Position numbers and translations under genes: made by a program. Shown one piece after another: positions 18,602-30,200 of a DNA stretch of 62,928 nt. Under the pieces are notes generated by a model that saw nothing but the letters and a program-made list of their open reading frames with translations, had not been told where the DNA came from and made no database searches. Every line of letters starts with the position of its first letter. Position 1 is the first letter of the stretch. Source of the stretch: Verrucomicrobiia bacterium (GTDB lineage Bacteria; Omnitrophota; Omnitrophia; Omnitrophales; Aquincolibacteriaceae); contig DATJFP010000089.1 of assembly GCA_035495615.1 (NCBI GenBank), positions 1 through 62,928 of the forward strand, written 5' to 3'.

Positions 18602-19626
18602 AAAATAACAGAGGCAGCGTTTTGATCGTCTTTTTGTGGGTGATGGCTGTCCTCGGCGTTTTCGCTGTGAGCGTGGCGACGCGCGCGCGCCTGGCCGCGA
18701 AAATCGAGGGCACGGAGAACAACCGTTTCCAGCGTTCCTGCGATTATCTCGCCGCCGTGAATCTGGCGCGCCAATTCATCGAAGCCGACGAAGAGCCCGA
18801 AGTGGATTTTGCCCGGGATTCCTGGTACGGCGTGCCCCAGGGATTCGCAAAGATGGATTTCGGCGGGCGTTTCAGGCTGACGATCACGGACGAAGAAAGC
18901 AAGCTGGACATCAACAGCGCGCCCGCGGAAGTCCTGCGGAAGTTTTTCGATCTGCTCCGCGCCAAAGGCGAGAAACTCGTCACGCCTTCCGCGGACCTGG
19001 CCGCGGCCATTGCCGCGTGGCGCGGCACGGGCCTGGGCGGCTTCGGCCGGTCCACCTCAGGCTTCAAGCACAAGGGCGCGGCTTTCGAAAGCCTCGAGGA
19101 GCTTTATCTGATCCAGTACATCACGCCCGGAGACGTTGAAATCCTCCGGCCTTATCTCACGGTTTACGGGCCGGGCACGGCCGGACCCTTCCGCGTCAAC
19201 CTGAACACCGCGCATCCGCTCATCCTGGAAGCAATTATCGCGACCCACAACTCGGGCGATTTCAGCAAGAAGATGCTGCTGCAGAAAATCCTCGAATTCC
19301 GTTCCGCCAAAACCACGGTGCAGGGGAATTCGTTCCCGCAGGTTTTCCGCAGCGAAGACCTGGAAGCCTCCGCGCTGATTACGAGACTGCGCCTCACGCC
19401 GTCGGTCGACATGCTCGCCCTGGCCGGGGCTTTCGTCCAATCCGCGACCGTGGATTCCCATTTTTTTGACGTAAGCGTTTTGTCCACGCTGCCGGGCACG
19501 GAGTCCTATGAAATGGAAGCGGTGCTCGGCCCGCGTTCCCGCAGCGCGCTGTCGGGCCTTGTTCCGCTCGATATCCTTTCCTGGCACGAAGGCCTTCTCG
19601 TCCTGCCGGCGGGGAGGGCGTCGTGA
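18598..19626 (+). CDS. gspK: minor pseudopilin GspK-like
   Basis: NRGSVLIVFLWVMAVLGV lacks Glu+5, as GspK does. LDINSAP...VLRKF and RVNLNTAHPLILEAI helix-hairpin-helix motifs are present. Confidence 0.75.
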   Translation: MKNNRGSVLIVFLWVMAVLGVFAVSVATRARLAAKIEGTENNRFQRSCDYLAAVNLARQFIEADEEPEVDFARDSWYGVPQGFAKMDFGGRFRLTITDEESKLDINSAPAEVLRKFFDLLRAKGEKLVTPSADLAAAIAAWRGTGLGGFGRSTSGFKHKGAAFESLEELYLIQYITPGDVEILRPYLTVYGPGTAGPFRVNLNTAHPLILEAIIATHNSGDFSKKMLLQKILEFRSAKTTVQGNSFPQVFRSEDLEASALITRLRLTPSVDMLALAGAFVQSATVDSHFFDVSVLSTLPGTESYEMEAVLGPRSRSALSGLVPLDILSWHEGLLVLPAGRAS

Positions 19627-21035
19627 ACCGCGCGTTTTTTTCCGGGCTCCAAGATATGCTTCAGGACCTTCCGGTCCTGCGCCGTTTTGCCCACGGCCTT
19701 TCCGAACGGCCGAGGATGCGCGCGGTCAGCTTTTTTTCCGCCGGGCGCCTGGATGTGACGGTTTTCGGCGCGGGAGACGCGCCGTCGCGCGAGTCCATTC
19801 CCGTTCCGGAATCGCCGTCGCAGGAGGACCTTCAAAAGGCGCGCGAAAAAATCGCCGGTTTCCGGCAGGAGCAGGGCACGTGGATCCACGTGATTCCGCG
19901 CCAGGCTGCGTTCGTGAAGACCTTCAGCCTCGAGGCCCGCGAAGGCGAATCGAAGGAAGCCGCGGTCCTGCGCCGCGTGCGCGAGGAAATGCCGCATCTG
20001 GCGGACGAAATCCTTTATCACGTCGCGCTGCAGGAAAACGGAACGCCGGGGCAGGAAGCGCTCCTCTTCGGGATCGCCAAGGCCACGCTCGAAGAGCAGC
20101 TTCGCAGGCTGGAGAGCCTGGGCGTTGTTCCGGATTCGGTCATGCTTTCCACGGAGCTTTTGCTTTGGCTTTATCAAAATGATCCCTCGCGCCGGGAAGA
20201 AGACAAGAACGTGCTGCTCGTGCACGACGCCGCGCGCCAGATCGAAGTGCTTTATGTCGACCGCGGCGCGCTCGTGCAAAGCCGCTGGTTCGGCAAGGAA
20301 GCGGACGAGCCCGCCGCCGCGGCCGCGGTGCTGCAGACCGCGCAGGAAGCATTCCAGCGCGAATGGCGCCGGGTGCCGGAAAAAACGCTGGTGCTCGGGA
20401 ATGAATCCCGAGGCGGTTACGGCGGTATTCCCTGCGAAGGTTTCGGAGGCGAAGGCCCGGACGAGGCCGCGCTCGGAAGCGCCGCGCTGAAAGCGTTCGC
20501 AAGCGGCGCCGTGTTCGATTTCACGCCCGCGTCCTGGGAAGACCGCCGCCGCCGGAGCAGGACCGGCCGGGAAAAAACGCGCTTTGCCGCGCTGCTCGCG
20601 CTTTTCGCCGCCTCCTGGCTTGTCCTTTCGGCAAGCCGCGCGGCCGGACTCGCGCTCGAAACCGCGTGGCTCGGCGTGCGCCAGGCCCCGGTCTCCGCGT
20701 CCGTGCGGGAATTGAAAAACCTGCGCTCGCAGGCCCTGAAAGCCGCGCGCTATTCCCGCAAAAAAACTTCGCCGCTCCTGATTCTCGCGGGGCTGCGCGC
20801 GGCCGCGCCGCAGGGACTGATTCTCCAGAGCCTGGCCTACGACGAGGCGAAAGCCGTGTTTTCGCTGAAAGGCGAAGCCGTGGCCGAAAATCTGATCCAG
20901 GATTTTCTCGCCGGCCTCCAAAAGCAGCCGGGCTTCGAGAAGATGACGTTGGAGCGCCTCGAATCCTCTTCCGACGACCGCGGCAGGATTTTTACGTTCG
21001 AAATCGAGGGCCATTTGAAAAAGGAAAAGCCATGA
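19623..21035 (+). CDS. gspL: GspL-like (PilM/PilN-type fusion) assembly protein
   Basis: GTG start overlaps the gspK stop. Cytoplasmic N-domain, one TM helix (FAALLALFAASWLVL) and a PilN-like periplasmic domain ending IFTFEIEGHL. Confidence 0.6.
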   Translation: MNRAFFSGLQDMLQDLPVLRRFAHGLSERPRMRAVSFFSAGRLDVTVFGAGDAPSRESIPVPESPSQEDLQKAREKIAGFRQEQGTWIHVIPRQAAFVKTFSLEAREGESKEAAVLRRVREEMPHLADEILYHVALQENGTPGQEALLFGIAKATLEEQLRRLESLGVVPDSVMLSTELLLWLYQNDPSRREEDKNVLLVHDAARQIEVLYVDRGALVQSRWFGKEADEPAAAAAVLQTAQEAFQREWRRVPEKTLVLGNESRGGYGGIPCEGFGGEGPDEAALGSAALKAFASGAVFDFTPASWEDRRRRSRTGREKTRFAALLALFAASWLVLSASRAAGLALETAWLGVRQAPVSASVRELKNLRSQALKAARYSRKKTSPLLILAGLRAAAPQGLILQSLAYDEAKAVFSLKGEAVAENLIQDFLAGLQKQPGFEKMTLERLESSSDDRGRIFTFEIEGHLKKEKP

Positions 21036-21535
21036 AGACTTCTCTACCTTCCTTTTCTTTTCTGAGGCAAGCCGGTGACCAGAAATTCCTGCTGCTCGCG
21101 GCCGCTCTTTTTGCCGCCGCGTTTGCCTTTTCCCGCGTCGAGGCCGGGCTGGAAGTAAGGCGCGACCTCGCGCGTCAGGACTACAGCACGGACCTGGAGC
21201 TTTCCAAGAACGGCGACAAGCATCGCGCCGTTTACAGCGAGATCCTGAACAAAACGCCGCTGCCTTCGGGCAAGCGCCTGGAGCGCAACGAATGGATCCG
21301 CACGACCCAGGACATGATCAACCGCCACAATCTTCTCCTGTCCGAACTCGCGCCTTCTGAAGAATCCGGACAGGAAATTCTGGCGCTCGAATTCGAAGGC
21401 ACGATGACCGACGTGGCGGGCTTTCTCTACGAGCTCAAAGACTCGGCCGGCTGGACCTACGTCTCGAATCTGGAAGTGACGCGCCAGGACGGCGAAAACA
21501 CGGTCCGCGCATCCGTGAAACTGTCGCAAAAATAG
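21032..21535 (+). CDS. gspM: GspM/PilO-like assembly protein
   Basis: ATGA overlap. One TM helix (FLLLAAALFAAAFAF) and a ferredoxin-like periplasmic domain (ALEFEGTMTDVAGFLYEL...LEVTR). Confidence 0.55.
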   Translation: MKTSLPSFSFLRQAGDQKFLLLAAALFAAAFAFSRVEAGLEVRRDLARQDYSTDLELSKNGDKHRAVYSEILNKTPLPSGKRLERNEWIRTTQDMINRHNLLLSELAPSEESGQEILALEFEGTMTDVAGFLYELKDSAGWTYVSNLEVTRQDGENTVRASVKLSQK

Positions 21536-21575
21536 CAAGGTAACCGTCAGGATGGACGGGGACATGGCGTGGATA

Positions 21576-21599
21576 GGGACAGGTCTTTAGACCTGTCCC
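21576..21599. repeat. 24-nt perfect palindrome GGGACAGGTCTTTAGACCTGTCCC (copy 1)
   Basis: 10-bp stem with a 4-nt loop. An identical copy lies at 51969-51992. This copy is in the gspM-gspE spacer. Confidence 0.9.
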
Positions 21600-21664
21600 A
21601 AAGGCGTGATGCATGAGGCCGGTTGCATTCATGTAAACCTTTGAACGTTTGAAGGGATGAAATA

Positions 21665-23359
21665 ATGTTAAAGAAAATAAAAGAATTCAGACTGGGTGAG
21701 GCGCTGGTGGAAAAGGGCTGGGTATCCGGCGCTGCTCTGGAAGACGCGCTCGAGAGCCAGAAAAAAACAGGCGAGCTCCTGGGCCAGGTCCTGCTCCGCG
21801 AGGGAGGACTCCCGGAAACGCGGCTGCTCGAGATGCTGGCCGAGCAATGGGGCCTGCAATGCGTGGACCCCGCGCTTTACGACGTGCCGCGCGCGGTGCT
21901 GGAAAAGGTGCCGGCCAAATTCGTCCATCACTACGGTGTTTTCCCGCTGGAATTTTCGGGCGGCGTCCTGCACCTGGCCGCGAGCAGTCTCGCGCATTTC
22001 GAATCCGTGCAGGAGCTCGGCGCGATCCTGGGCGCGGAAATCAAAGTCTCGTTCGCCGAGCAGGCGAAGATCGCGGAAGCCATCGAGAAAAATTATGGCA
22101 TCGGCGCGTCGGTCGTGGAAAAACTCGTGGCCGGCAAGAGAACCGAGACTGCGGCGGGGCGCCTTGAATCCGATAAGGTCGAGGCCGTCGACACGGCGAG
22201 CGGCGAAGGCTCGGTCCGTGAGCTGGTGAACATGCTGCTGCTCGACGCGAAACAAAAACGAGCGAGCGACATCCACCTCGAGCCTTTCCAGGGCGAGCTG
22301 GTGCTGCGCTACCGCATCGACGGCGTGCTGCAGGAAACGAGCGTGCCGGAAGCGATCCGTCAGTTCCACGGCGGCATCATCACGCGCATCAAGATCATGG
22401 CGCAGCTGGACATCGCGGAACGCCGCGTGCCGCAGGACGGCCGCATCAAGATCCGCGCGGGGAACGAAGAACTCGATCTTAGAATTTCGCTTCTGCCCAC
22501 CGCGTTCGGCGAGGCGCTTGTCATCCGCATTCTTTCCCCGGCCCGTCTGCTGAATCTGGGCGGCATCGGCCTCGGCGCCGCGCACCTCGGAGCCATGCGC
22601 GAATTGATCGACCGGCCGCACGGCATCATCCTTTTGAGCGGCCCCACGGGAAGCGGCAAGACGACCACGCTCTACGCGGCGCTCAGCGAAATCAATACCG
22701 AAGTACGCAAGATCATCACCGTGGAAGACCCGGTCGAATACCAGCTCCGCGGCATCATCCAGATGCAGGTGCATCCCAAGATCGGCCTCACGTTCGCGAG
22801 CGGCCTGCGGCACATGCTGCGCCACGACCCGGACGTCATGATGATCGGCGAAATCCGCGACGCGGAAACCGCGGAGATCGCGGTGCGTTCCGCGCTGACC
22901 GGCCATCTTGTTTTCTCCACGCTCCACACCAATGACGCGCCCGGAGCGGTGGCGCGCCTGACCGATCTCGGCGTGGGCCCGTACCTGGTTTCGTCCAGCC
23001 TGAACGCGGTCATTGCGCAGCGCCTCGTGCGTGTCCTGTGCCCGTTCTGCCGGGAAAAAATCCCGGCTTCCGAGATCCGCCTTCCCGAAGGCGCGCGTGA
23101 GGAATTCAAGCAGGGGCCGTTTTACGAAGGCCGCGGCTGCGATTCCTGCCGCGGCACGGGCTACATGGGCCGCAGCGGCATCCATGAGCTGATGCTCGTC
23201 GACGATGAAGTCCGCGACCTGATGGTCCAGAAAATTCCGGCTTCGGAATTGCGGCGGCAGCTCGTCCGCAAGGGCATGAAGACGCTGCTGGAAGACGGCC
23301 TCGAAAAAGCGCGGCAGGGGACCACGTCGCTGCGCGAAGTCCTGCGCGTTGTCCGATAA
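21665..23359 (+). CDS. gspE: type II secretion ATPase GspE with N-terminal MshEN-type domain
   Basis: Walker A GPTGSGKTT, Asp/His boxes, Walker B (DPDVMMIGEIRD) and a tetracysteine CPFC...CDSC. The N-terminus carries a tandem RLGxxLVxxG...L...L..Q motif. Confidence 0.92.
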   Translation: MLKKIKEFRLGEALVEKGWVSGAALEDALESQKKTGELLGQVLLREGGLPETRLLEMLAEQWGLQCVDPALYDVPRAVLEKVPAKFVHHYGVFPLEFSGGVLHLAASSLAHFESVQELGAILGAEIKVSFAEQAKIAEAIEKNYGIGASVVEKLVAGKRTETAAGRLESDKVEAVDTASGEGSVRELVNMLLLDAKQKRASDIHLEPFQGELVLRYRIDGVLQETSVPEAIRQFHGGIITRIKIMAQLDIAERRVPQDGRIKIRAGNEELDLRISLLPTAFGEALVIRILSPARLLNLGGIGLGAAHLGAMRELIDRPHGIILLSGPTGSGKTTTLYAALSEINTEVRKIITVEDPVEYQLRGIIQMQVHPKIGLTFASGLRHMLRHDPDVMMIGEIRDAETAEIAVRSALTGHLVFSTLHTNDAPGAVARLTDLGVGPYLVSSSLNAVIAQRLVRVLCPFCREKIPASEIRLPEGAREEFKQGPFYEGRGCDSCRGTGYMGRSGIHELMLVDDEVRDLMVQKIPASELRRQLVRKGMKTLLEDGLEKARQGTTSLREVLRVVR

Positions 23360-23383
23360 ACCTTACATAAATGACAGCGGAAT

Positions 23384-23416
23384 GCGTGTGTTCAAAAAAA
23401 TCGACACGCCTTTTTG
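23384..23416 (+). terminator. intrinsic terminator-like hairpin after gspE
   Basis: Stem gcgtgt (23384-89) pairs with acacgc (23404-09), followed by cTTTTT. The loop is long and A-rich. Confidence 0.45.
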
Positions 23417-23557
23417 TGCGCCGCACGATGCGTAAATTTTTATGAAAAGCTGATTTTTCCAGTCCCGCGGCGACGGGTCTTATGATAAAATTTTGCGACT
23501 CTCTGCCATCCACTCAGCCTGAGTCGGATTTACAAATTCCTTTTCCCGGAGTTCTTC

Positions 23558-24220
23558 ATGTTCGCTTCAAAACGTCTTACTCATGCCGTTCTGACCGGAA
23601 TGGCGCTCTGGCTTTTTTCGAGCGCGCACGCTTCCGCCGCCGTTCTTGATTTCGAAGGTCTGGCCGATTTCACTCCCGTGACGAATCAGTACGCGGGGCT
23701 CGGCGTCACGTTTCAAAACGCGACGGCCGGTGTCATTCCTCCCGACGGCACGCTGAACGAAATCGATTTTCCGCCGACTTCCGGCACCACGCTCATCACG
23801 AACGAAATCGACTTGGACAACGACGGGTTTCCGGACGTCACCGGCCCCATGACGATTACCTTCACGCCGTATCCGTATCTCAACGTCGGAGGTTACTTCA
23901 CGTACGCGGACTTCGGCCAATCCGGCGATCCGTTGACGCTTTCGGCTTTCGGCCCCGGCGATCCTCTGAATCCGCTGGCCACGCTCACGCTTTTCGAAAA
24001 CCTGGGAAGCCCGCAGCTCCTGTCTTTTTCCGGGATTGGCCCGATTTCGTCGCTTCTCGCGTCGGGCGGCCAGGGCAGCAACTTTACGCTCGATAATTTT
24101 ACGTTCACCGGGCGCTTCGCCCCAGGCGGTTCGCTGGTTCCGGAACCTTCGTCCCTGATTTTTTTGACTCTTGGATTGGCGGCTCTGGGCATGGGCTCAA
24201 GGCTTAAAAGCAATCGTTAA
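23558..24220 (+). CDS. PEP-CTERM-anchored secreted protein
   Basis: Signal peptide, then the C-terminal sorting signal VPEPSSLIFLTLGLAALGMGSRLKSNR (PEP motif, TM helix, basic tail). Confidence 0.85.
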   Translation: MFASKRLTHAVLTGMALWLFSSAHASAAVLDFEGLADFTPVTNQYAGLGVTFQNATAGVIPPDGTLNEIDFPPTSGTTLITNEIDLDNDGFPDVTGPMTITFTPYPYLNVGGYFTYADFGQSGDPLTLSAFGPGDPLNPLATLTLFENLGSPQLLSFSGIGPISSLLASGGQGSNFTLDNFTFTGRFAPGGSLVPEPSSLIFLTLGLAALGMGSRLKSNR

Positions 24221-24242
24221 CCCGTAAACGACCGAGATCCTT

Positions 24243-27200
24243 TTGCGAGTCCGTCTTCATTTCCCCCGCGGTGGTGGTTTCAAACGGGCCATTTCTTTTT
24301 TCACCGTCCTCCTTTTCACCGCGACTTCTCTTCTCGTCGTTTCTCCCGCGGAGCTTCTGGCCGCGCCTTCTGTCGGCTCACCCATCGCTTCGCCGTCCAG
24401 CCTTGTCTCGAACGTCGCGACCCAGCTTACCGTGACGACCCAGATTACGACCGCGGCGGGGGATCCGAACGTCATCAAGACGAGCGTCTACCTTTATAAG
24501 CTCGACGCGCAGAACCGCATCGTGCGCACCTACGGTCCCATGAAAGACGACGGGACGGGCGGCGACGCCGTCGCCAACGACAACAAATTCACGTTCAAGG
24601 GGCCTTTCACGGAAACCGCGCCGCTGCGCCTGCAGACGTCCGCGGCTTTCGAGCGCGTGGTCCGCCGCGTTTATTCGCCGGTCGTGGTCGTGCCGATTTC
24701 GACGAACAACCCGCCGCCGGTTTTCACGTCGACGGCGGTCACGACGGCAACCAAGCAGCTCGGCTACCTTTATGAGATGACGGCTTCCGATCCCAACGAT
24801 GCTCCGGAGACGCTGGTCTTCTCGCTGGTCAGCGGGCCCGCGGGTGCCGAAGTTTCCGGGCACAGCCTGACCTGGGTGCCTGCCGATGATCAAAACGGAT
24901 CGTTCCCGGTCGTGGTGAAAGTGGCGGATCCTGCGGGCGCCTCGGCCACGCAATCCTTTAATATCGCGGTGCAGGACCTGAATCTACCGCCGACGATCGA
25001 GTCCGTTCCCGCGACCTCGGCCAGGGCCGGCCAGGAATTTCTTTACGACGTCGACGCCTTTGATCCCGAAGGCAAACCGCTGCGGTTTTCGCTGCAGTCC
25101 GCGCCGCCTACGGGGATGACGCTGGATCCGGCCACGGGCCTGCTCCGCTGGACGCCCGGCACGGCGCAGACCAAAAAAATCACGGTCGATGCCACGGACC
25201 CGGAAGGCGCTTTCGACGAGCAGAGCTTCAACCTCACGGTTTACGACGGCACGCCGCTGCAGCTCACTTCGCCGAAAGGCACGTATCAGGTCAAGGCCGG
25301 CGAAACTTTGACTATTCCGCTGCAGGCCAATCTTCCCAAGGCGCTTTTCTCGGCGGACCCGCTGCCGGACCATTCGGAGGTCACGCCTCCGTCTTTTATC
25401 TTCAAGCCGGACGGCGGGCAGGCCGGGACGCACACGGTCCTGTTCGAGGCCAGAGCAGGGGAACAGCACGTCGGCAATGTCGTGACGATCAACGTCATCA
25501 AGGACGCGGCCGTGAACGCGGCGCCGCAGCTCGCGGCCATTCCGGCCCAGAGCGTCAACGAAGGCGCGTCGCTTTCGTTTGTCGTCAGCGCGACCGACCC
25601 GGACGGCGACCCGCTCACGTTTTCGGCGCCCGGCCTTTCGCTGCCGAACGCTTTCTTCAGCCAGGTGACGCAGCAGTTCATTTTCAATCCGAGTTACCAG
25701 CAGGCCGGCGTTTATCCGGTCACGTTCCAGGTCTCAGACGGCATCGAAACCTCGCAGACCGTCGTGGCCATCACGGTCAAGGACGTGGCGCCGCCCACGA
25801 CGATCCTCAAACTCGTGGTCGACAAGACTCCGAACCCGACCTTCAACGCGGCGCTGCCCATCACTGGAAATGTGACGGGACAGCCCGGGCTGCCGCCGCC
25901 TCCCGAAACGCTGCGTTTCGTGACGGGACTGAGCCCGGCTTTTACCGCCGCCGGCGAAACCAAGCAGATCGACATCACCGCCACCGGCACGGATTTCAAA
26001 CAGGAAACCACGTCGGCCTCGTTCGGCGAAGGCGTCGCGGTGCAGACGCTCGAAATCCTCTCGCCGGTCACGGCGCGCGCGACAGTCAAGGTCGACGGCA
26101 ACGCCGCGTCCGGCCCGCGCGAAGTGAGCATGACCGACAACGGCCTCGACGTTCCGTCGCTTGTCGCGTTCTCGGTCGGCGACGGCGTGACTTCGGTCAG
26201 CGGAAAAGTCATCGACGTTTTCACCACGCAGCCGCTCGCGGGCGCGAAAGTCACGATCAACGGCACCGCGTTTTCCACGACCACCGGCGCGGACGGAAAG
26301 TTCAATCTCGTCAACGCGCCGACGGGCGACCATACGCTGCTCATCCTGCGGGACAATTACACGGTCGGCAAAGTCGACCTGACGCTCGGCGCGGGCCAGG
26401 CGCTCGACCTCGCGGACCCGATCGGCCTCAAGGCCCTTGCGGTGCCGTTCAGCCTCGGCGGTTCGCTGCCGCGCGCGGCGACTCTCGCCAGCGTGCTCGA
26501 CCGCGGCGTGACCAACAAGAATGGAAATCTGACGCTGGAAGAGGCGCGGGCCGTCGTGCAGGACACGCTCCTCGCGGTCGGCGGCATCGAAGCCGGCGTC
26601 CTCGACGAATCCGGCGCGCAGCTGAATCCCAAGATCAAAGGCTTCGGCGATCTTTCGCTGACCCAGGACGGCGTCACTGCGCAGGCCAACTCCCTCATCC
26701 ACGGCGAAGTTTTCACGCTCGAAGAATTCCATTCGGTTCTTGCCGGGGCCTTTTCTTTCCCGCTGGGATTTACGCTCGAAAATTTCATCCAGGGCCTGCA
26801 AAAAGCCGTCGACGAAGCTTGGGCCGACCCCTCGAATCCGGATTCGGCCATGGCGATTGTCCTTTTCAATGAAGGCACGGGACTGCAGGCCACGGCGCCC
26901 GTCCTGACCGCGGGCACGCGCCTGAACCGCTTCCAGGTGTTCCTGCTTTCCACCAGCTTCCTCGTCTACAATCAGACGGCACTCGCCAATTCCGTGGATG
27001 AAATGCTCAAAGCCAACAACATCGACGCGGATGCGCTCATGCCGCCGCCGCGTTTTCCGCCTCCGGCTGGAGGCGCTTCGTCGGGCGGCAGCGGGGGAGG
27101 CGGCGGGCTCGGCGGCCTCGGACTGGTGATGCTCAATTTCGGAATGCCCGATGCGAATGCCCAGGCCGCGCCCAACAACGATTCCTGCAAGAACACGGCC

Positions 27201-30200
27201 CAGATTCCCTGCAACATCGGCGACCTCAGCGCGCGCCGCACGTTCACGAAGGTTTACCGCCAGATCGGCGCGAACGCGATCGCCGAAGCGAATACGGGCG
27301 GGCTTTTCAGCGCTTTCATCGCCATGGCGATGCAGGCCTTTATTGGCTTCACGATCGGCATGACCGGCGGCGTCGCCGGCGCGGTCGGCGGGGCCCTGGT
27401 CGTCGCGGCCGCTTACGCCGCGGGCAGCGCGGCCATTCTTTTCAACAAGCTGGTGATGGGCTGGTACGTGGCGCTGGTCGCGGCGAGTTTCGAGCCGCCT
27501 CCGCCGGAAGGCCGCAATTCGGCGCTCGACGACAACGGGAATTACGTCATCAATTTCAACCGCAGCCAGGCCGAGTTCAACCAGCCGAAGGAAAATCCGC
27601 CCAATACCCTGCATAAAGACCTGGCGTATCATCTCTACCGCTTCCCGAGCTGCGCGCCGCCGAATTTCGGCCAGGCGGAATTTATCCCCATCGAGGCCAA
27701 GGCCGATCCGTCGAGCCCTCAGAATGAGAAGGATCCGCCCACCGGCCCGCTGCGTTTCGTGGTGCCGAAAGCCATGCTGAAACCCGGCCGCAATCATTTC
27801 CGCATCCGCAGCTTCCAGCACCTCAAAAATGCAAAGCAGCCGCTCGTCGAGGGCATGGAACTCTTCGACAGCAACGAGGACGGCCTGCTGACGCTCGACG
27901 AATTCCAGCGCGGCGGTTTCGGCAGCCATCTGGCGTTCAATCCTCTGGACAAGAATGCCGACGGCAAGCTGGACGCGGCGGAATTCGCCAAGGCCCGGAG
28001 GCCGGACAATCTTCCCCAGTCGGTGGATCTCGGCGGGGGGCTGCCGCAGAAAAATGTCAGCGTCGCGATGGGAAGCATCGACATCACCGCCGACAAGTAC
28101 AAGCAGCGCCTGCCGGAGGTGAGGGACAATATCCGCCAGACGGTCTATGACGACGAAATCAAGGAAGTGAACCAGAACCTCGCCAACTTGCGCAAGGCGC
28201 AGGCGCAGCTCGTCATGCCGGACAAGCCGTTTTTTGACGAAAACGTCAATGCTTTCAAGCTGACCAAGGACATCACCGATGCCGCCGAAAGGCAGGCGCT
28301 CCAGACGCTCTCGGTAAAAGGGGGCGACGCCAACGCGCAGGGCAAGGTGAAGGCCGGGCAGGTGGCGAAGCAGATTTTCCAGAAATATTACGGCGTGGAT
28401 CCCACGGCCGCGCAGGTCAAGCTCGTGGAAGAAACGTTCGAGACCTACCGCCAGGTCAAGGTCGAGCGCGCCAATTTCGAATCGCAGTACGACGCCTTGC
28501 GGGATTTTACGCAGAAGGTCTATGCGGTGCAGCGCGGCGAATCCCCCGAAGAAACGGTGAACTTGCCCACGCGCCGTTTTCCGGACCGCTTCGGTGTCGC
28601 CGAAACCAAGCCCTTTACGATTACGCCCGCGAATGCCGATGCCGCCGAAGAAGCGCTCCGGCAGAACCACACTTTCGAGTTTGCCGTCAACCGCAAGAGC
28701 GATCCGATTACGAGCGCCGGCCTTGTTTTCGAAGGCGGAGCCTCCAGCCTCGCGCCCGGCGGCCAGGCCGAAGACGAGGCTTTTTTCCCGCGCCGCGCGG
28801 GTGCCGACCTGAACATCGGCAACGTGAATTACGAGCTCATGCGCGAAGGCATGAGCCTGAAGACGGGCTTGTCGAACACGGAGCTCGACACGGTCATGGG
28901 AACTTTCAAGTCGGACATCACGGAAACCGGCCTCCGTTCGCAGGCGCTGCCGCAGGAGATCGAGAACGAGGAATTCCGCCTCCGCAACCTTCAGAAGCTG
29001 GGCGAGCTGTCGCGGCCGCTGCCGTCCACGGAATTTCCGCCGGGCGTTTCCAGCACGGCGCCTAAGATCGACCGTCCGGCGGGCCTCAGTCCTGTTTTCG
29101 AAGGCGGCGTGAACGGCATCGTCGGCACGGGCGGCGCCGTGCTCGGGCATTCGACGACGCTCGTCACGTTCATGGACAGCATCAAGGTGCTGGGCAGCGA
29201 ATTTTCCGAGTCGTGCTTCGAAACCGGCTCTTCGGCCGCGGCCCCAACCGAAATTTTTCCTCCGCCCATCGAACCTTATCCGTTTTTCGGGCAGGCGAAC
29301 GCGGTCATCCGCGCGTTCAAGATCAGCAGCAAAGACGGCGTCTTCGCCGTGGAGTATCCCGGCGAACACGAAGTGCGCATGGTGGCCGGCACCGGGTTTC
29401 CTCCGGGCGGCCTGACCACGGATTTCCTGGGGCGCCTGTATTCGGTCAACATGGCCAGCGCCGAGAAGTTCGGAGGACGCATTTTCCGCTTTACGATCAA
29501 CAGTACCACCGGCCGCGGCCAGTTCCCGCTGACGCGCGAACTCATGGGCGCCATCAATTATTATTCGATGATGATCCAGCTTGCGCGGCCGGCCAATCCC
29601 GTCGCGCTCGTCGCGGGCTCTTCCTATCTGACACAGTCGGAAACCGGGACGCTCGTCACGACCAACGACCTCTACGCGGCGGACTTCGACATCATCGACG
29701 GCCGGAAGCGCATCTTGAAAATCTACACCAGCCTGGCCGACACCAAGCCCAGCTATTACGCGGAATCCAAAGGAAACCGCAACCACCTCGTCGGCCAGGA
29801 CATCGTCGTCGACGCGCGGCTCCAGCTTACGGGGCCGACCGACATGGTCATGGGCCCGGACCCGGACAATCCGGTCGCGCAGACGGGCGGCGACAAGATG
29901 ATCCTGATCTCCGACGAAAACACCATTTATGCCGTCTTGCGCACGGGCGCGTCGGAAAACTACACGCTGGTGCCGGTCATCAGCCAGTTCGGCCGGCGCT
30001 GGTCGGGCATGGCCTTTGACAAACAGGGGCGTTTTTATTTTGCCGATTTCGAACGCGGCGACATTTACATGATGACCTGGGACAAGCTGCGCGCGGCGGT
30101 CCTGGCGAGCAAGCAGAGCGGACAGGCGTTCATCGACGACGATATCCGGATGGCTCAAAACGCTTACCGCATTGCCGCGAATCTGGTGCAGCCGGGCGAC

